Made by a program: the position numbers and the translations under genes | Shown here: in pieces, positions 9,642-20,482 of the stretch | Layout of the letters: every line of letters begins with the position of its first letter | Position numbering within the stretch: the first letter of the stretch is position 1 | Assembly (NCBI GenBank): GCA_043805415.1 | Contig: JAZDHZ010000014.1 | Location: 10,393-74,392, forward strand | Length of the DNA stretch: 64,000 bases | Direction: 5' to 3' | Source: Candidatus Omnitrophota bacterium | GTDB lineage: Bacteria > Omnitrophota > Gorgyraeia > B26-G9 | The notes under the pieces: generated by a model | Database searches by the model: none | The model's input: only the letters and a program-made list of their open reading frames with translations | Told to the model about the DNA's origin: nothing

Positions 9642-10502
9642 TTATTCAATCTCTTCGGTCTTAGCAGTAAGACTTCCGAGTAAAAAGCTTATTATTGTTC
9701 CGCTTGCAAAAACACCAATCAAACCATTAATCACTGAGTTTAAAGTAATATTAATAATCGCGGCAATCCAACCGCCTACAGTATTGGTTAATAAAGATCC
9801 AAAAAAATTACCAATAAAAGAGAAAATTGAAAGAGTTAAAGCCAGCATTATAAATAATCCAATATTTTTCCAGAACAACTGTTTTGTAAAAGCTATGCCT
9901 TTTTTAAGTGATACAATTGGTTTGCCGTCTTCCATAACAATAAAATACTGGCCGAAAAGAAATGGGATCGCGATCAAAAATGCCGCTATTACAGTAATCG
10001 TCAACACTATGCCTCCCATAGTATTAAAGAATATATTATTGCCTCCGCCCATGGCAATGCATAAACCAGTTAAAAACGCGCCGACAAACCATAATACTAC
10101 AGTCACAATGCCGCCAATGCAATTTATTGCCAACAATCGTGTAAAGTATTTAATACAATTGCCAATAAAAACATTCATATTAATTTGCTTTGTTTTAATC
10201 TGTCCATACACAGCAGAAAAAATTCCGCCTTCCATAAAAACCCACATTAAAATTAATAACGGAAATATTACTACTAATGTACTGGTTATAGCGGTTATTT
10301 TCTCAGGAGTTGGATTCACGCCAATAACCATCAACATCCCCAAAGCGGTAATAAAATTAAAACCAAAAATTGTAATAATTAACGCTGTGGAACCTTTTAA
10401 TACTTCAAAACCTTTTTTTAAGGATTCGATCACTCCCATATTAGACTCCTTTGCATGTGGTCGAAGAAACATTGCATGTATTGTAAAAAGAAATTTTAGC
10501 AA
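9642..10502 (-). CDS. Multi-pass integral membrane protein, function unknown
   Basis: 286-aa ORF with 6-8 hydrophobic segments. The overlapping plus-strand ORF 9784-10569 has low-complexity P/I/N-rich composition and is taken as the antisense shadow. Confidence 0.5.
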   Translation of the reverse strand: MLKFLFTIHAMFLRPHAKESNMGVIESLKKGFEVLKGSTALIITIFGFNFITALGMLMVIGVNPTPEKITAITSTLVVIFPLLILMWVFMEGGIFSAVYGQIKTKQINMNVFIGNCIKYFTRLLAINCIGGIVTVVLWFVGAFLTGLCIAMGGGNNIFFNTMGGIVLTITVIAAFLIAIPFLFGQYFIVMEDGKPIVSLKKGIAFTKQLFWKNIGLFIMLALTLSIFSFIGNFFGSLLTNTVGGWIAAIINITLNSVINGLIGVFASGTIISFLLGSLTAKTEEIE

Positions 10503-10517
10503 GAATGCCTTATATTG

Positions 10518-11123
10518 TCAAGAGGTAAGTTCTCTTCTTCCTGCTAAAGCCTCTGAAATTGTCGCTTGATCAATATGCCCAAGATTACTCCCTACAGGTA
10601 TGCCTCGGGCTATTCTTGAAATCTTAATCTGTAAAGGTTTTAGGATTTGCTTGATATATTGCGCGGTTGTCTCGCCTTCGCGACTTGAGCTAGTAGCAAC
10701 AATAATCTCGCTGATATTATCCTGTTTAAGCCGATAAAAAAGTTTTTTAAACGATAAATCTTCGGGACCTGTTCCCTCTAAGGGAGAAAGTTTCCCCCCT
10801 AATACGTGATATAAGCCTTTATAATATCCAGTGCGTTCAATGGCGATTACATCCTGGGCATCTTCAACCACGCAAATAACCTTATCACGCAAATGCTTAT
10901 TCTGACAAATTAGACATAAATCCTGCTCAGAAAAATAATTACAAAGATTACATTTCTTAGTATGCTCTTTAGCATTTATAATCGCGTCCGCTAATGCCTT
11001 ACCGCGCTCAGCCGGAGCTCGGAGCAATGATAAAGCCATTCTTTCTGCTGATTTAGGCCCTATTGTGGGAAGCTTCGCCAATTCTTTTATAAGGGTCTCT
11101 AAAAACTTTGGGTATCCTGCCAT
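10518..11123 (-). CDS. recR: Recombination protein RecR
   Basis: HhH N-terminus (LPTIGPKSAERMA), C4 zinc finger (CNLCNYFSEQDLCLIC), Toprim-like domain. Confidence 0.9.
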   Translation of the reverse strand: MAGYPKFLETLIKELAKLPTIGPKSAERMALSLLRAPAERGKALADAIINAKEHTKKCNLCNYFSEQDLCLICQNKHLRDKVICVVEDAQDVIAIERTGYYKGLYHVLGGKLSPLEGTGPEDLSFKKLFYRLKQDNISEIIVATSSSREGETTAQYIKQILKPLQIKISRIARGIPVGSNLGHIDQATISEALAGRRELTS

Positions 11124-11242
11124 AATAATTAGTTATTGGTTATTAGTTATAAATTATAAAGCACAAAGCAATTAATAGTTTTACAAAGCTATGTTTTTGA
11201 TTTTTCTAAAACTTGTAACTATTCACTCGTAACTCATAATTC

Positions 11243-13030
11243 TCAATCATCAGGCGTAACAATTCTACCTTTAAAAACATCTATCGCGGATTGGATAACA
11301 TCATCCATGCTTGATTCTTCCTCTTCAGGATCCATAATGTCAAACATTTCATTAATCTCTGGCTCATCAATTATTATGTCTTTAGGTATCCTCTCGCATT
11401 TTATTAGATCAAGCCGGATGTCTTTGGCCAATAATTGACTGGCTGCGCCTTCTATTATTTTTAGGTTTTGACTTTCAATCAAATTTTCCCGATGAAACTC
11501 GCATTCATCGGGAAAGCCGACCTCTACTCTATTTTTATGAACATTCACAGGCCTGCCTTCCGCCAGGTATACGCCTAAGGTTATCTTTTGTTTTTTTACA
11601 TTTTTAACTAATTGAGGCCATGCTTTGCAAACAACATCAAGACTCAAGGCAAAAGGAGAACTCTCAAAACCGCTGTCCATATCATTAAACGGCTTATCGC
11701 TGGAATGCGGAGGAGTTGTGTCCCGCGATGCTGGGGGCGCAATACTTTGCTTTGCCTGGCTAAAAGCAGGGCCATCTGGCTTGGAAAAAGGTTTTGCCTC
11801 AGCTCCCCATCCGGATGAACTTGGCCCGGTTTTTTGGCTTGGCTGCAGCTTAATCTCAGAACTTGAAATAATGCCGCTTGTTGCTCCAGTCCCCAGCTTG
11901 ATTTCCAAATCGCTTATTTTTTTCAATAATGCAGCTATCGGCAATAACCCCTCTTGCTTGGATATTTTGATTAAGGCCATCTCGAGCAATAACCGCACCA
12001 TCCCTTGTCTCTTCATGCGTTCTTGAGCCTGCAGCAATACTGTTAAGCAATAAAGGATATTATCTATTTCAAATTTCACGCTTTGCTGTTTTAGCTTTTG
12101 CTTATCTTCTTGCGGTAAAGTCACTAATTTTTCACTATCACACTTTATCATCATCATATCCCGAAAATGATCCACAAAAGATGCTATAAGCTGCGCTGGA
12201 TCTTTTCCTGAGCTCAGCAAGTCATCAAGCAAGGAAACATTGTCGGCAATAGATTCAGAATTCAGCTGGTCAACGATTTGAAAGATCGCATCTCTGGAAA
12301 CAAGCCCTAACACAGAATTAACTGCCTCGAGCGTAATTTTTCCTGTGCTAAAACTGTTTAACTGATCAAGAATAACTTCCGCATCACGCAAACTGCCGTC
12401 CGCGCTTTTGGCAATAGCATACAAGGCCTCTTCTTCGCATTGGATATTTTCTTGCGCGATAAGTTTTTTTAATTTAACTATAATTCCCGATGTAGTGATC
12501 TTTCTAAAATCAAACCTCTGGCAACGCGACAAAATGGTTGGTAAAACTTTATGCGGCTCGGTTGTGGCAAAAATAAATTTTACATGCGCCGGCGGCTCCT
12601 CTAATGTTTTAAGCAATGCATTAAATGCTTCTGTTGTCAGCATATGCACTTCATCAATAATATAAATTTTAAATCGGCTTGATGAAGGGGCAAATTTAAC
12701 ATTCTCCCGCAATGTCCTAATTTCATCAATCCCGCGATTGGAAGCGCCATCAATTTCCAAAACATCCATGTTAATGCCTTTGGCTATTTCAGTGCAAGAG
12801 GCGCAGATATTGCAGGGATTAGCGGTCGGCCCTTTTTTGCAGTTTAAAGCTTTTGCCAAAATACGGGCTGTGGAGGTTTTGCCAATTCCCCGAGAGCCTG
12901 AGAATAAGTAAGCATGCGCTAAGTTATCCTGCTCAATCGCATTTTTTAATGTTGTCGCGATATGCTCTTGATCAATCAATTCATCAAAATCTTTTGGTCT
13001 ATATTTACGGGCATATGCTAAATGTGACAC
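11243..13030 (-). CDS. dnaX: DNA polymerase III subunit gamma/tau
   Basis: AAA+ clamp-loader motifs (YRPKDFDELIDQEHI, GSRGIGKTSTARILAKALNC, zinc module CNICASC, SRC motif TILSRCQRFDF). Confidence 0.9.
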   Translation of the reverse strand: MSHLAYARKYRPKDFDELIDQEHIATTLKNAIEQDNLAHAYLFSGSRGIGKTSTARILAKALNCKKGPTANPCNICASCTEIAKGINMDVLEIDGASNRGIDEIRTLRENVKFAPSSSRFKIYIIDEVHMLTTEAFNALLKTLEEPPAHVKFIFATTEPHKVLPTILSRCQRFDFRKITTSGIIVKLKKLIAQENIQCEEEALYAIAKSADGSLRDAEVILDQLNSFSTGKITLEAVNSVLGLVSRDAIFQIVDQLNSESIADNVSLLDDLLSSGKDPAQLIASFVDHFRDMMMIKCDSEKLVTLPQEDKQKLKQQSVKFEIDNILYCLTVLLQAQERMKRQGMVRLLLEMALIKISKQEGLLPIAALLKKISDLEIKLGTGATSGIISSSEIKLQPSQKTGPSSSGWGAEAKPFSKPDGPAFSQAKQSIAPPASRDTTPPHSSDKPFNDMDSGFESSPFALSLDVVCKAWPQLVKNVKKQKITLGVYLAEGRPVNVHKNRVEVGFPDECEFHRENLIESQNLKIIEGAASQLLAKDIRLDLIKCERIPKDIIIDEPEINEMFDIMDPEEEESSMDDVIQSAIDVFKGRIVTPDD

Positions 13031-13057
13031 AATATTTCTCCTTCAAAACCTGCGCTT

Positions 13058-14008
13058 CTATTTATAAGCAAATTTAACAATATATATAATATATCCGGCA
13101 TAAGCACTAACAAAGATTATGCCCGCATTTCTTGTGATTTCAAATTTTTTTCCGGCAAATACATAAACCATAACCGCGAATAATATTAACAGCGGCATGG
13201 TAAGCATTTTTGTCCGCGCATCAATTTCAAGCGGGTTTATCATGGAAGAACATCCTAAAACCCACAAGATATTCAAAATATTTGCCCCAATTACATTGCC
13301 CGCGGCAAGATCCCCCATTTTTTTTCTGCTTGCAACCACCGCGGTAACAAGTTCCGGCAATGATGTCCCGACTGCGATCATTGACACGCCAATAACAACC
13401 TCAGGCACGCTGAAAAACTGCGCTACCGCAACTCCGGATGGAATAATCGCATATTTTGCCGCAATCACAACCCCGGCAGAGCCGATTAGAAATTTAACAA
13501 CATCTTTTTTAATATTATGTAATGAGCCTCTTTGATTATTGTCTTGTTTTGATAACTTTAGCTGCCGCATCACAACAAAAACAAAGAACCCGATCATCAT
13601 GGTTACTAATATCGCACCATCAAGAAAGCTCAGCATTCCATCCCACATCAACACTAATAAAAAAAATGAAACTCCGCAAAGAAACCTTAGATCCTGATTA
13701 ACTGTTTGAGCCTTAAGTTTTACAGTGCTGATAATCGCCGCAATCCCTAGGATCAATCCAATATTTGCTAAACAAGAACCTGTGGCATTACCTACGGCAA
13801 TCCCGCCAACCTTCATATATGATGAAAATGCTGACACAGCAAACTCAGGCATCGTAGTCGCGATGCTAACAATTGTAAGCCCAACAATACTTCTTGGTAT
13901 TTTAAAAAAAGCAGCAATAGCTTGTGCGGCATTAGTAAATAAATCTGCGCTTTTTATAATTACTGCTATCCCAACAATGAGAATTATAAAATCTTTGTAT
14001 ATACCCAA
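13058..14008 (-). CDS. Na+/Ca2+ exchanger family (CaCA, YrbG-like) membrane transporter
   Basis: Two alpha-repeat motifs (GNATGSCLANIGL and GTSLPELVTAVVAS / GNVIGANILNIL) and about 10 TM helices. Confidence 0.8.
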   Translation of the reverse strand: MGIYKDFIILIVGIAVIIKSADLFTNAAQAIAAFFKIPRSIVGLTIVSIATTMPEFAVSAFSSYMKVGGIAVGNATGSCLANIGLILGIAAIISTVKLKAQTVNQDLRFLCGVSFFLLVLMWDGMLSFLDGAILVTMMIGFFVFVVMRQLKLSKQDNNQRGSLHNIKKDVVKFLIGSAGVVIAAKYAIIPSGVAVAQFFSVPEVVIGVSMIAVGTSLPELVTAVVASRKKMGDLAAGNVIGANILNILWVLGCSSMINPLEIDARTKMLTMPLLILFAVMVYVFAGKKFEITRNAGIIFVSAYAGYIIYIVKFAYK

Positions 14009-14227
14009 TTATTCTGCCTCAGGAGTGTAAAAATCAAAAACACCAAGGAAAGTGTTTGTATCTGCTAAATCTGTATTAATCTTATCGCAAATAGACGATA
14101 AAGTCAATCCTGTTTAAATGTTTAAGCCAGGATATTTTTAGCTTTAGTTGCTTTAGAATTTAAGTATTATAATTTTCTTTTAAAAAGCATTTTACACGAT
14201 CTTCTGAAGACATCTCTGTGAAGGTGT

Positions 14228-14296
14228 TTAATTTTGGATGATAAATATCAGCACTAAAGCAATCAACCCGGCAACAATACCCATTTTCCAATTCAT
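14228..14296 (-). CDS. Candidate small hydrophobic peptide (22 aa, MNWKMGIVAGLIALVLIFIIQN)
   Basis: Below the ORF-track size cutoff; found by manual translation. A strong SD AAGGAG lies 5 nt upstream of ATG. Single TM-like helix, located between the TamB-like gene and the CaCA exchanger gene on the same strand. Confidence 0.3.
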   Translation of the reverse strand: MNWKMGIVAGLIALVLIFIIQN

Positions 14297-14313
14297 CGAA
14301 GCTCCTTAAATTT

Positions 14314-15594
14314 TTAAAATCCTTTTTTAAACTTTAACCACAAATTAGTTTCACCATTATCACTGGGATTATTCTTCTCGCCATTATCTATTTTCTTTTC
14401 CGCCTCTAAAGAAACTGCGTCTGATATCTTTTGATCTATGCCGATCTTCTGGCTAACTCTTTCGTTTTCTTGTTTTGCGTTTTTCTGTTCAACTCCATAC
14501 TTAATCCCCGTTGAACTAGAAATCTCTTTGGTAATTTCCGCTTCTTTTGTTTTGCCGTCGTATTTAATTGATACGCTATCTACCCCAAGCAGTTTCGCGA
14601 TTTTATTACCGGCTCTGCCGAAAAGAAAATAATTAACTAAATCCGCCGACAGCTCCGAGCTAATCCGACTATTTTCAAGGCTGCCGGAAACGCCTTTCCA
14701 GCTTTGATTCGTAGCAAGCATTACCACCAGCTTATCTTTGGCTAAAACAGGTTCTGAATTTAATATTATTTCCGGTGATTGTATCTTGCCTTTTGCAATA
14801 ATATTGATCTTTGTTTTTTCCACAACAGAACTTCCGGATATATTAATAATCGGCTGCGCGGGATCTTTAATAAACACAATATTGCTGTCCTGCAATTTAA
14901 TTAAAGCTGTTTTTTTTCCTAACAGCTCTCCGGATTTAAATGACACCTTTCCTTTTATTTTTAGATCCTTCTGAATATCGCTAAACTCTAAATTTAAAGC
15001 CACCGGACAAGCACGCATTACAAACTGATTCCAGGTTAACTCTCGAATAAACAAAGTCCCTGCTATATTAGGAGCAAACACTTCGCCCGTGATCCGGAAA
15101 TCACAATCTTCAATAATGCCTCTTATGTTTTTCAATCCTTTTATTGCGGGCAAAGCGTCAAATATTGCCCGCAAACGCAGCAATTTTGCGTATACTGAAA
15201 TATCCAGAATATTATTCTCATAAGCCCCGTAGAATAATACCGGATCAATTCCCGGCAAAGACAAGCGCGCGTTTTTAACTTTTATTTTTAAGCCCGCGAG
15301 CTTAAAAGAATCAAGGCCTACATCAAGCTGCTGAATCTTAACAACGCTTCCCTTGGGAAGAAATTTAATATTATTAAGCTCCAGATTATAATAAGTAATG
15401 CCTTGGGCCAAATTGCCCTGCGTTACATTAATTTTTGATTCATCTGTCTTAGCATAATGCTTAATCCCAAAACTTGTAATCAGAACAGCCCCTTGTCTGG
15501 TAAAAATAAAAAAATAAAGCGCTGCCAAAAGCAGCGCAATGCTCGCAATAAAAATTATAATTATCTTTGTTTTTTGCCGCCTTAATCCAAACAC
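14314..15594 (-). CDS. Membrane-anchored protein, possibly AsmA/TamB-like (uncertain)
   Basis: N-terminal TM anchor followed by a long beta-rich region; C-terminal segment (LENSRISSELSADLVNYFLFGRAGN) is reminiscent of TamB C-terminal domains; the assignment is tentative. Confidence 0.35.
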   Translation of the reverse strand: MFGLRRQKTKIIIIFIASIALLLAALYFFIFTRQGAVLITSFGIKHYAKTDESKINVTQGNLAQGITYYNLELNNIKFLPKGSVVKIQQLDVGLDSFKLAGLKIKVKNARLSLPGIDPVLFYGAYENNILDISVYAKLLRLRAIFDALPAIKGLKNIRGIIEDCDFRITGEVFAPNIAGTLFIRELTWNQFVMRACPVALNLEFSDIQKDLKIKGKVSFKSGELLGKKTALIKLQDSNIVFIKDPAQPIINISGSSVVEKTKINIIAKGKIQSPEIILNSEPVLAKDKLVVMLATNQSWKGVSGSLENSRISSELSADLVNYFLFGRAGNKIAKLLGVDSVSIKYDGKTKEAEITKEISSSTGIKYGVEQKNAKQENERVSQKIGIDQKISDAVSLEAEKKIDNGEKNNPSDNGETNLWLKFKKGF

Positions 15595-15598
15595 GCTT

Positions 15599-16681
15599 CT
15601 AAAACCATTTTTTCCTCTTAAAAAAAATCAGCATTCCCGCCGCAACACTTAGCATAATCCCCCAAACTCCTAAATACCCGTATTTCCAACTCAGTTCCGG
15701 CATATTCCATGGCGACGCCTCATGATTGAAATTCATCCCATAGACTCCGGCAATAAAAGTTATCGGAATAAAGATAGTCGCGATCATTGTCAAAACTTTC
15801 ATTACTTCATTCATTTTATTGCTCAGGCTGGACATATAGATATCAACCATCCCGGAAATCATATCTCTAAACGTCTCGATAGTATCAATCACTTGAATCG
15901 TATGGTCATATAAATCTTTTAAAAATATCCGCGTTTGCTGCTTAATCAGCGCGGATTCACCGCGTTCTAATCCGCTAACCACTTCTCTTAAAGGCCAAAC
16001 TGATTTACGTAAATATATCGTATCATTTTTCAGTTTATGAATTTTATGCAGAATTTGAGGGTCAGGATTAGAAACCAAATCTTCTTCCATGACTTCTATC
16101 TTGTCTCCCATTTTCTCTAAAATTATGTAATAACCATCTACTACCGCGTCCATCAAAGCATAGGCTAAATAATCCGGTCCCATTTTTCTTAACCGCCCCT
16201 TATTAACTCTAATCCGTTCCCGGATCTGATCAAACACATCGCCCTGGGTTTCCTGGAAAGAAATTACAAAATTTTCACCGAAAATTATACTTACCTGCTC
16301 GGAAACTACTTCTTTTGCTTTTTCATCAAACATAATCATTTTCAAAACAACAAAAATATGCGCGTCAAAATCATCATATTTAGGCCGCTGCCCGGTATTA
16401 AGAATATCTTCCATCACCAGCGCGTGAAAATTAAAATGCTGGCCGAGTTTTTCAATAATTCCCTGATCTTGCAAGCCGTCAATATTTATCCAGGTAACTG
16501 TTGCCGTATCTTTAAACAAAAAACATTCTTCAATGTTTTTAATTTCTTTTTCCGTTAAACTGGTTTTATCATAATCAATAACCGTGATTTTTACCGGCTG
16601 TTCTGTTATTTTCCCCACATGGACTAATGCCCCTGGAGATAGGCCTGCGGTTTTAGATATTTTTTTAATAAATCGCGCCAT
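15599..16681 (-). CDS. corA: Magnesium/cobalt transporter CorA
   Basis: Cytoplasmic N-domain plus two C-terminal TM helices with the signature YGMNF (GMN) motif. Confidence 0.9.
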   Translation of the reverse strand: MARFIKKISKTAGLSPGALVHVGKITEQPVKITVIDYDKTSLTEKEIKNIEECFLFKDTATVTWINIDGLQDQGIIEKLGQHFNFHALVMEDILNTGQRPKYDDFDAHIFVVLKMIMFDEKAKEVVSEQVSIIFGENFVISFQETQGDVFDQIRERIRVNKGRLRKMGPDYLAYALMDAVVDGYYIILEKMGDKIEVMEEDLVSNPDPQILHKIHKLKNDTIYLRKSVWPLREVVSGLERGESALIKQQTRIFLKDLYDHTIQVIDTIETFRDMISGMVDIYMSSLSNKMNEVMKVLTMIATIFIPITFIAGVYGMNFNHEASPWNMPELSWKYGYLGVWGIMLSVAAGMLIFFKRKKWF

Positions 16682-16899
16682 TTCAGCTCCTCCAATTCAA
16701 TATTACAATGAAAAACATTTAAACCCTTGCGACCAACTTATTCAACATAATCTCCAGGCTAATGCTTGCGCAGCAATCTTGATTATTATAGTTATTTTTA
16801 TTACAGCTTACAATATTCTCTAATCCGGATTAACTCTCCGTGTTCTCTGGTTTATAATCAAAAATGCCTTTTAAACATAAAACTCTCGTCCTTGCGCTT

Positions 16900-17370
16900 T
16901 TAGATATTTTTAACTCTTATCCGCGGACCTCGCGACACAATGTCATTTACTCTGATTCGAATTATCGCAGCCTCTGAAATATCGGGAAACTCAAAAGTAC
17001 TATGTGCTTTTCCCCGGTGAATACCCGCTATAACTCTTTGGGTGGAAAAATCTAATTCGCGATTTTTTAACTGTTCAATTAATTCATGGTGCAAATCGGA
17101 CCTATCTAATACTTTCGCTACGCCAGAAAGCTGGTAATCAATTAAGTTCTCTGGATCAATTATCGGAAATGCCGCTATGGGATGCCGTTTAATATTTTCA
17201 CATGTTGTCCCTTTGGCGTAATCCGCTAAAAACACAGTGTCTTGTTCACATTTTATGAAAAATTTATTCGCGACATTAGGCCTGCCTTGAGCATCGCAGG
17301 TAGCCAAAGCAATCCAATTCGATTCTTCCAAATATTTTCTGATTGAAGAAGGAATTAGTATATGCTCCAT
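16900..17370 (-). CDS. Pyridoxamine 5'-phosphate oxidase-like FMN-binding split-barrel protein
   Basis: 156-aa protein with PNPOx-family-like N-terminal pattern (WIALATCDAQGRPNVANKFF). Confidence 0.6.
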   Translation of the reverse strand: MEHILIPSSIRKYLEESNWIALATCDAQGRPNVANKFFIKCEQDTVFLADYAKGTTCENIKRHPIAAFPIIDPENLIDYQLSGVAKVLDRSDLHHELIEQLKNRELDFSTQRVIAGIHRGKAHSTFEFPDISEAAIIRIRVNDIVSRGPRIRVKNI

Positions 17371-18064
17371 TTGAGTGTTGCCTTCCTTGGAAGTAAAATA
17401 TTTCCGGCTAAACTTCTTGACTGTGATAGACTTATTATCGCGATCTTGGCATGAATTTTTAGTATTTTATTTATGGCATGTTATGGATATATTGTAACAC
17501 AGGCGTTTTACTTTGCAATAAAATAATGGGGGGGTAAGCGCGTAAAAAACCGCGTAAACTATTCGCTTGCGAAAACAATCTCCCGATCGGCCGGAGATTA
17601 TTCTTGGTAAGTAAGTGAAACAAAAAATCATGAGGAATTAGGAAAAAGTCCAGGAAAAGTGGTTTTTATTTCCGGTTAAATTGCCCCCCTGCATAAAAGC
17701 AGGAAGTTCTTCTACTGGAATATTATCGACAAAATCCCTGATCTGCTCCATTAGTTTGATCCCGCGCAAATTGATGCTTGCGCAATATCTTAGCCTCTTG
17801 AAACAGAGCAGACAAAAATAGCGCTAAATGCATTACCCCTTAAATATCAATGGTTTATGGTTGGAGTATTTATCAATTCCCAAGACTGTTTTTTTAAAAT
17901 CAAAGATTTCTAATGTTTGGATTTTTAGCCAAGTAGTTTATGCCTTGTTATGGACAAAAACCAAATAACTGCACTGCCTATCACCAGAATAAATTGCTGG
18001 CGAATAACCGTTTGACCTTTAATTCTATGTATGATACTCTTAACATAATGTTTACTCTAAACTT

Positions 18065-19990
18065 ATGATAAAAAATACTCTCTTGTTTTATCGATATCTG
18101 GTTTTCATTATCAGTCTAGGCTGCTTTTTTCCCAGGCTATGCTTTGGACATAATTTTTTTCCGCAAGAGTATTCCACGCAGATTCGTTTAGGCTCAGCAT
18201 ATGCTAAACAGGCAAAATCAGAATGGTATTATACTGATATCTTTATTCCGATATATAGCCGTACCGGGTCAATCGCCTACGGAACACATGAATTTCTATT
18301 TTTTGCCAACCCCAAGGTTACGACTACCACCGCGTCAACTAACGAAGAAAATGTCGGGCTCGGAGTACGTTATCTTACCGATGACTTATTATTTAACGAA
18401 GAAATAATTATCGGCGCGAATGTTTTTTTTGATACAAAATACAGTACCCGCGGCATGCGTCACAATCAATTAGGCACTGGCATTGAATTCCTGTCCCGCC
18501 AGGTTGATCTGCGCTTTAATTACTATCAGCCGGTTTCAAGTAAAAAAATTTATGATACCTATTACGCGTTTGGGGAAGAAAGCCTGATGAAGCATTACGC
18601 GGAGGAAGAACCGCTTCCTGGCTTTGATTACGAATTAGGCTTCCTGGTTCCTTTCATATCAAATTTTATCGAAACAAAAATATACGGCGGAGGCTATCAA
18701 TATAATGCTACCATTAATCAGGATATTGCCGGAACCAAAGCAAGGCTTGAACTCTATCCCTCTTCTTTTCTTACTCTTTGTTTGGAAAGCAAAAATGACA
18801 GCGTGCGCGGTAATGAAATGTTTATCGGAGGACACATAACTATTCCCTTTGATCTTCGCGGCTGGTTTGAAAGAAAAAATCCCCTTCGAAAAATAGAAGA
18901 TGTCCCGGTATTTAGAAAACATGCCCGAAGCATAGCTGAACGGATGACTGAACCAATAGTCCGGGATTTAGATATTATAACTGTTGAAAAAAGCTATTCA
19001 GAAAAAACGCGGGATGTTATTTTTGTAAACAATTCCAATGACGGCGATAGCAATGAAGACGGCTCGCTTTCGCATCCGCACAATACATTAGCAGAAGCAT
19101 TAAGCAATCCCCGGTATCAGGACGGAACCTGGGTTTATATTGCTAAAGGAGACGGGAGCAAAGATGGATACACCGGAAGCTTTACGCTTGCTGATAATAC
19201 CGTACTCTGGGGCGAAGGATACCAATACTGCGGATTAGGCGGAGGAGGATACCCGATTATTGACGGGAATGCGGCAGATAAAGCCATTACTTTAGGCCAA
19301 GGCAATACAGTAATGGGCCTGCAGATTCAAAACGGGAACAATGGCATCTACGGAGAAAATATTACTTCTTTAGTAATAAACAATAATATTATTACTGATA
19401 ACGGCACCCCTTATGGTTCAGGCATTACCTTGATAAGAGATGACGGGGGTAACTGCCTTGCCTTAATTGACAGCAACACAATTTCAAGCAATGCTGGCAA
19501 TGGGGTTTCACTGCAAAGCGAAAATTTCAGCACTTTTTCCTGTACCATTTCAAGCAATACAATCAGCCTTAATTCCGGAAGCGGAATTACTCAAACCTCA
19601 GGAGGGCTTATAACCGGAGATACCAGCTCGCTTGCCACCACTTTTTCCGGCAATATAATCTCCGGCAACTCAAGTAACGGGATTAGCATGCACACCAACT
19701 GGGCGGCAACAATGCCCACAATCGTCACAAGAAATAAAATTTACAGCAATGTTTCCGATGGGATTGAGTTAGAAGACTTGGGAACCAGCGTAATTACATT
19801 AGACGTCGGAGGAGGAGAATTAAACTCCGAAGGCTATAATTCTATATACAGCAATTCAGGCTATGCGATAAATAATACTACACTTCTTACTGTTAAAGCT
19901 GAAAATAACTGGTGGGGAAGAACGCCGCCGGTTTCTAGTGATTTTAAAAAAGTAGATTATAGTCCCTGGCTCAGCTCAGATCCTTTTTAA
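18065..19990 (+). CDS. Secreted/outer-membrane protein with right-handed parallel beta-helix repeats; N-terminal region possibly beta-barrel (inverse-autotransporter-like)
   Basis: N-terminal signal-like hydrophobic stretch. Aromatic-rich alternating N-terminal third. C-terminal tandem repeats of about 22 aa (ISSNAGNGVSLQS, ISLNSGSGITQT, ISGNSSNGISMH) are typical of NosD/pectate-lyase-like beta-helices. Confidence 0.5.
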   Translation: MIKNTLLFYRYLVFIISLGCFFPRLCFGHNFFPQEYSTQIRLGSAYAKQAKSEWYYTDIFIPIYSRTGSIAYGTHEFLFFANPKVTTTTASTNEENVGLGVRYLTDDLLFNEEIIIGANVFFDTKYSTRGMRHNQLGTGIEFLSRQVDLRFNYYQPVSSKKIYDTYYAFGEESLMKHYAEEEPLPGFDYELGFLVPFISNFIETKIYGGGYQYNATINQDIAGTKARLELYPSSFLTLCLESKNDSVRGNEMFIGGHITIPFDLRGWFERKNPLRKIEDVPVFRKHARSIAERMTEPIVRDLDIITVEKSYSEKTRDVIFVNNSNDGDSNEDGSLSHPHNTLAEALSNPRYQDGTWVYIAKGDGSKDGYTGSFTLADNTVLWGEGYQYCGLGGGGYPIIDGNAADKAITLGQGNTVMGLQIQNGNNGIYGENITSLVINNNIITDNGTPYGSGITLIRDDGGNCLALIDSNTISSNAGNGVSLQSENFSTFSCTISSNTISLNSGSGITQTSGGLITGDTSSLATTFSGNIISGNSSNGISMHTNWAATMPTIVTRNKIYSNVSDGIELEDLGTSVITLDVGGGELNSEGYNSIYSNSGYAINNTTLLTVKAENNWWGRTPPVSSDFKKVDYSPWLSSDPF

Positions 19991-20482
19991 AGATTTACAG
20001 ATGTTTAGAGAATTTTTAATAAGCTGGGATTGCAAGCCGCCTTTGGCTTGCTGCCTGCGCTCCAGATCGGGCATTCATTTCTTTCAGACAACAAGACTTA
20101 GGATCAAAATAATTCTCTTTTAGGCGTCTAATAATACTTTTAAATCAAAAACCCTTGGTTTATTGTGATATAGAAAAAATCCTAGAAAATAAGATTTTAG
20201 AATGGGAGCGGGAGCATGTCTACTCATCGATTTTTGATTGAATTACTAGGGCATAAGATTGTTAAACTAGCGGCATTACACTAATAGGACCAGTAGCAAT
20301 CTGATGCATTTGCAATAGTGTTGGTTTTATGATATATTTTATCGCTCAACGTATATTAGCTAACTACTTATGCAAGAAAGCCTTCTTTAAAGAAAAGTGA
20401 TAAATATGCACAAATCAAAAAACCAGCTTTGTCATAGCAATGGATTATAAAGATGAGCTTATAGAAATTAATACCGATCCCC

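Noticed and set aside
9784-10569. 261-aa plus-strand ORF overlapping the minus-strand membrane protein gene
   Set aside because: P/I/N-rich low-complexity translation without motifs; the opposite-strand ORF has coherent TM helices and fits the local gene orientation
20020-20050. AAGCTGGGATTGCAAGCC as a possible left attachment-site copy of the tRNA-Ser 3' end
   Set aside because: Only about 12 of 18 positions match GGCTGGGATTCGAACCC; this is too weak to distinguish from chance without statistics
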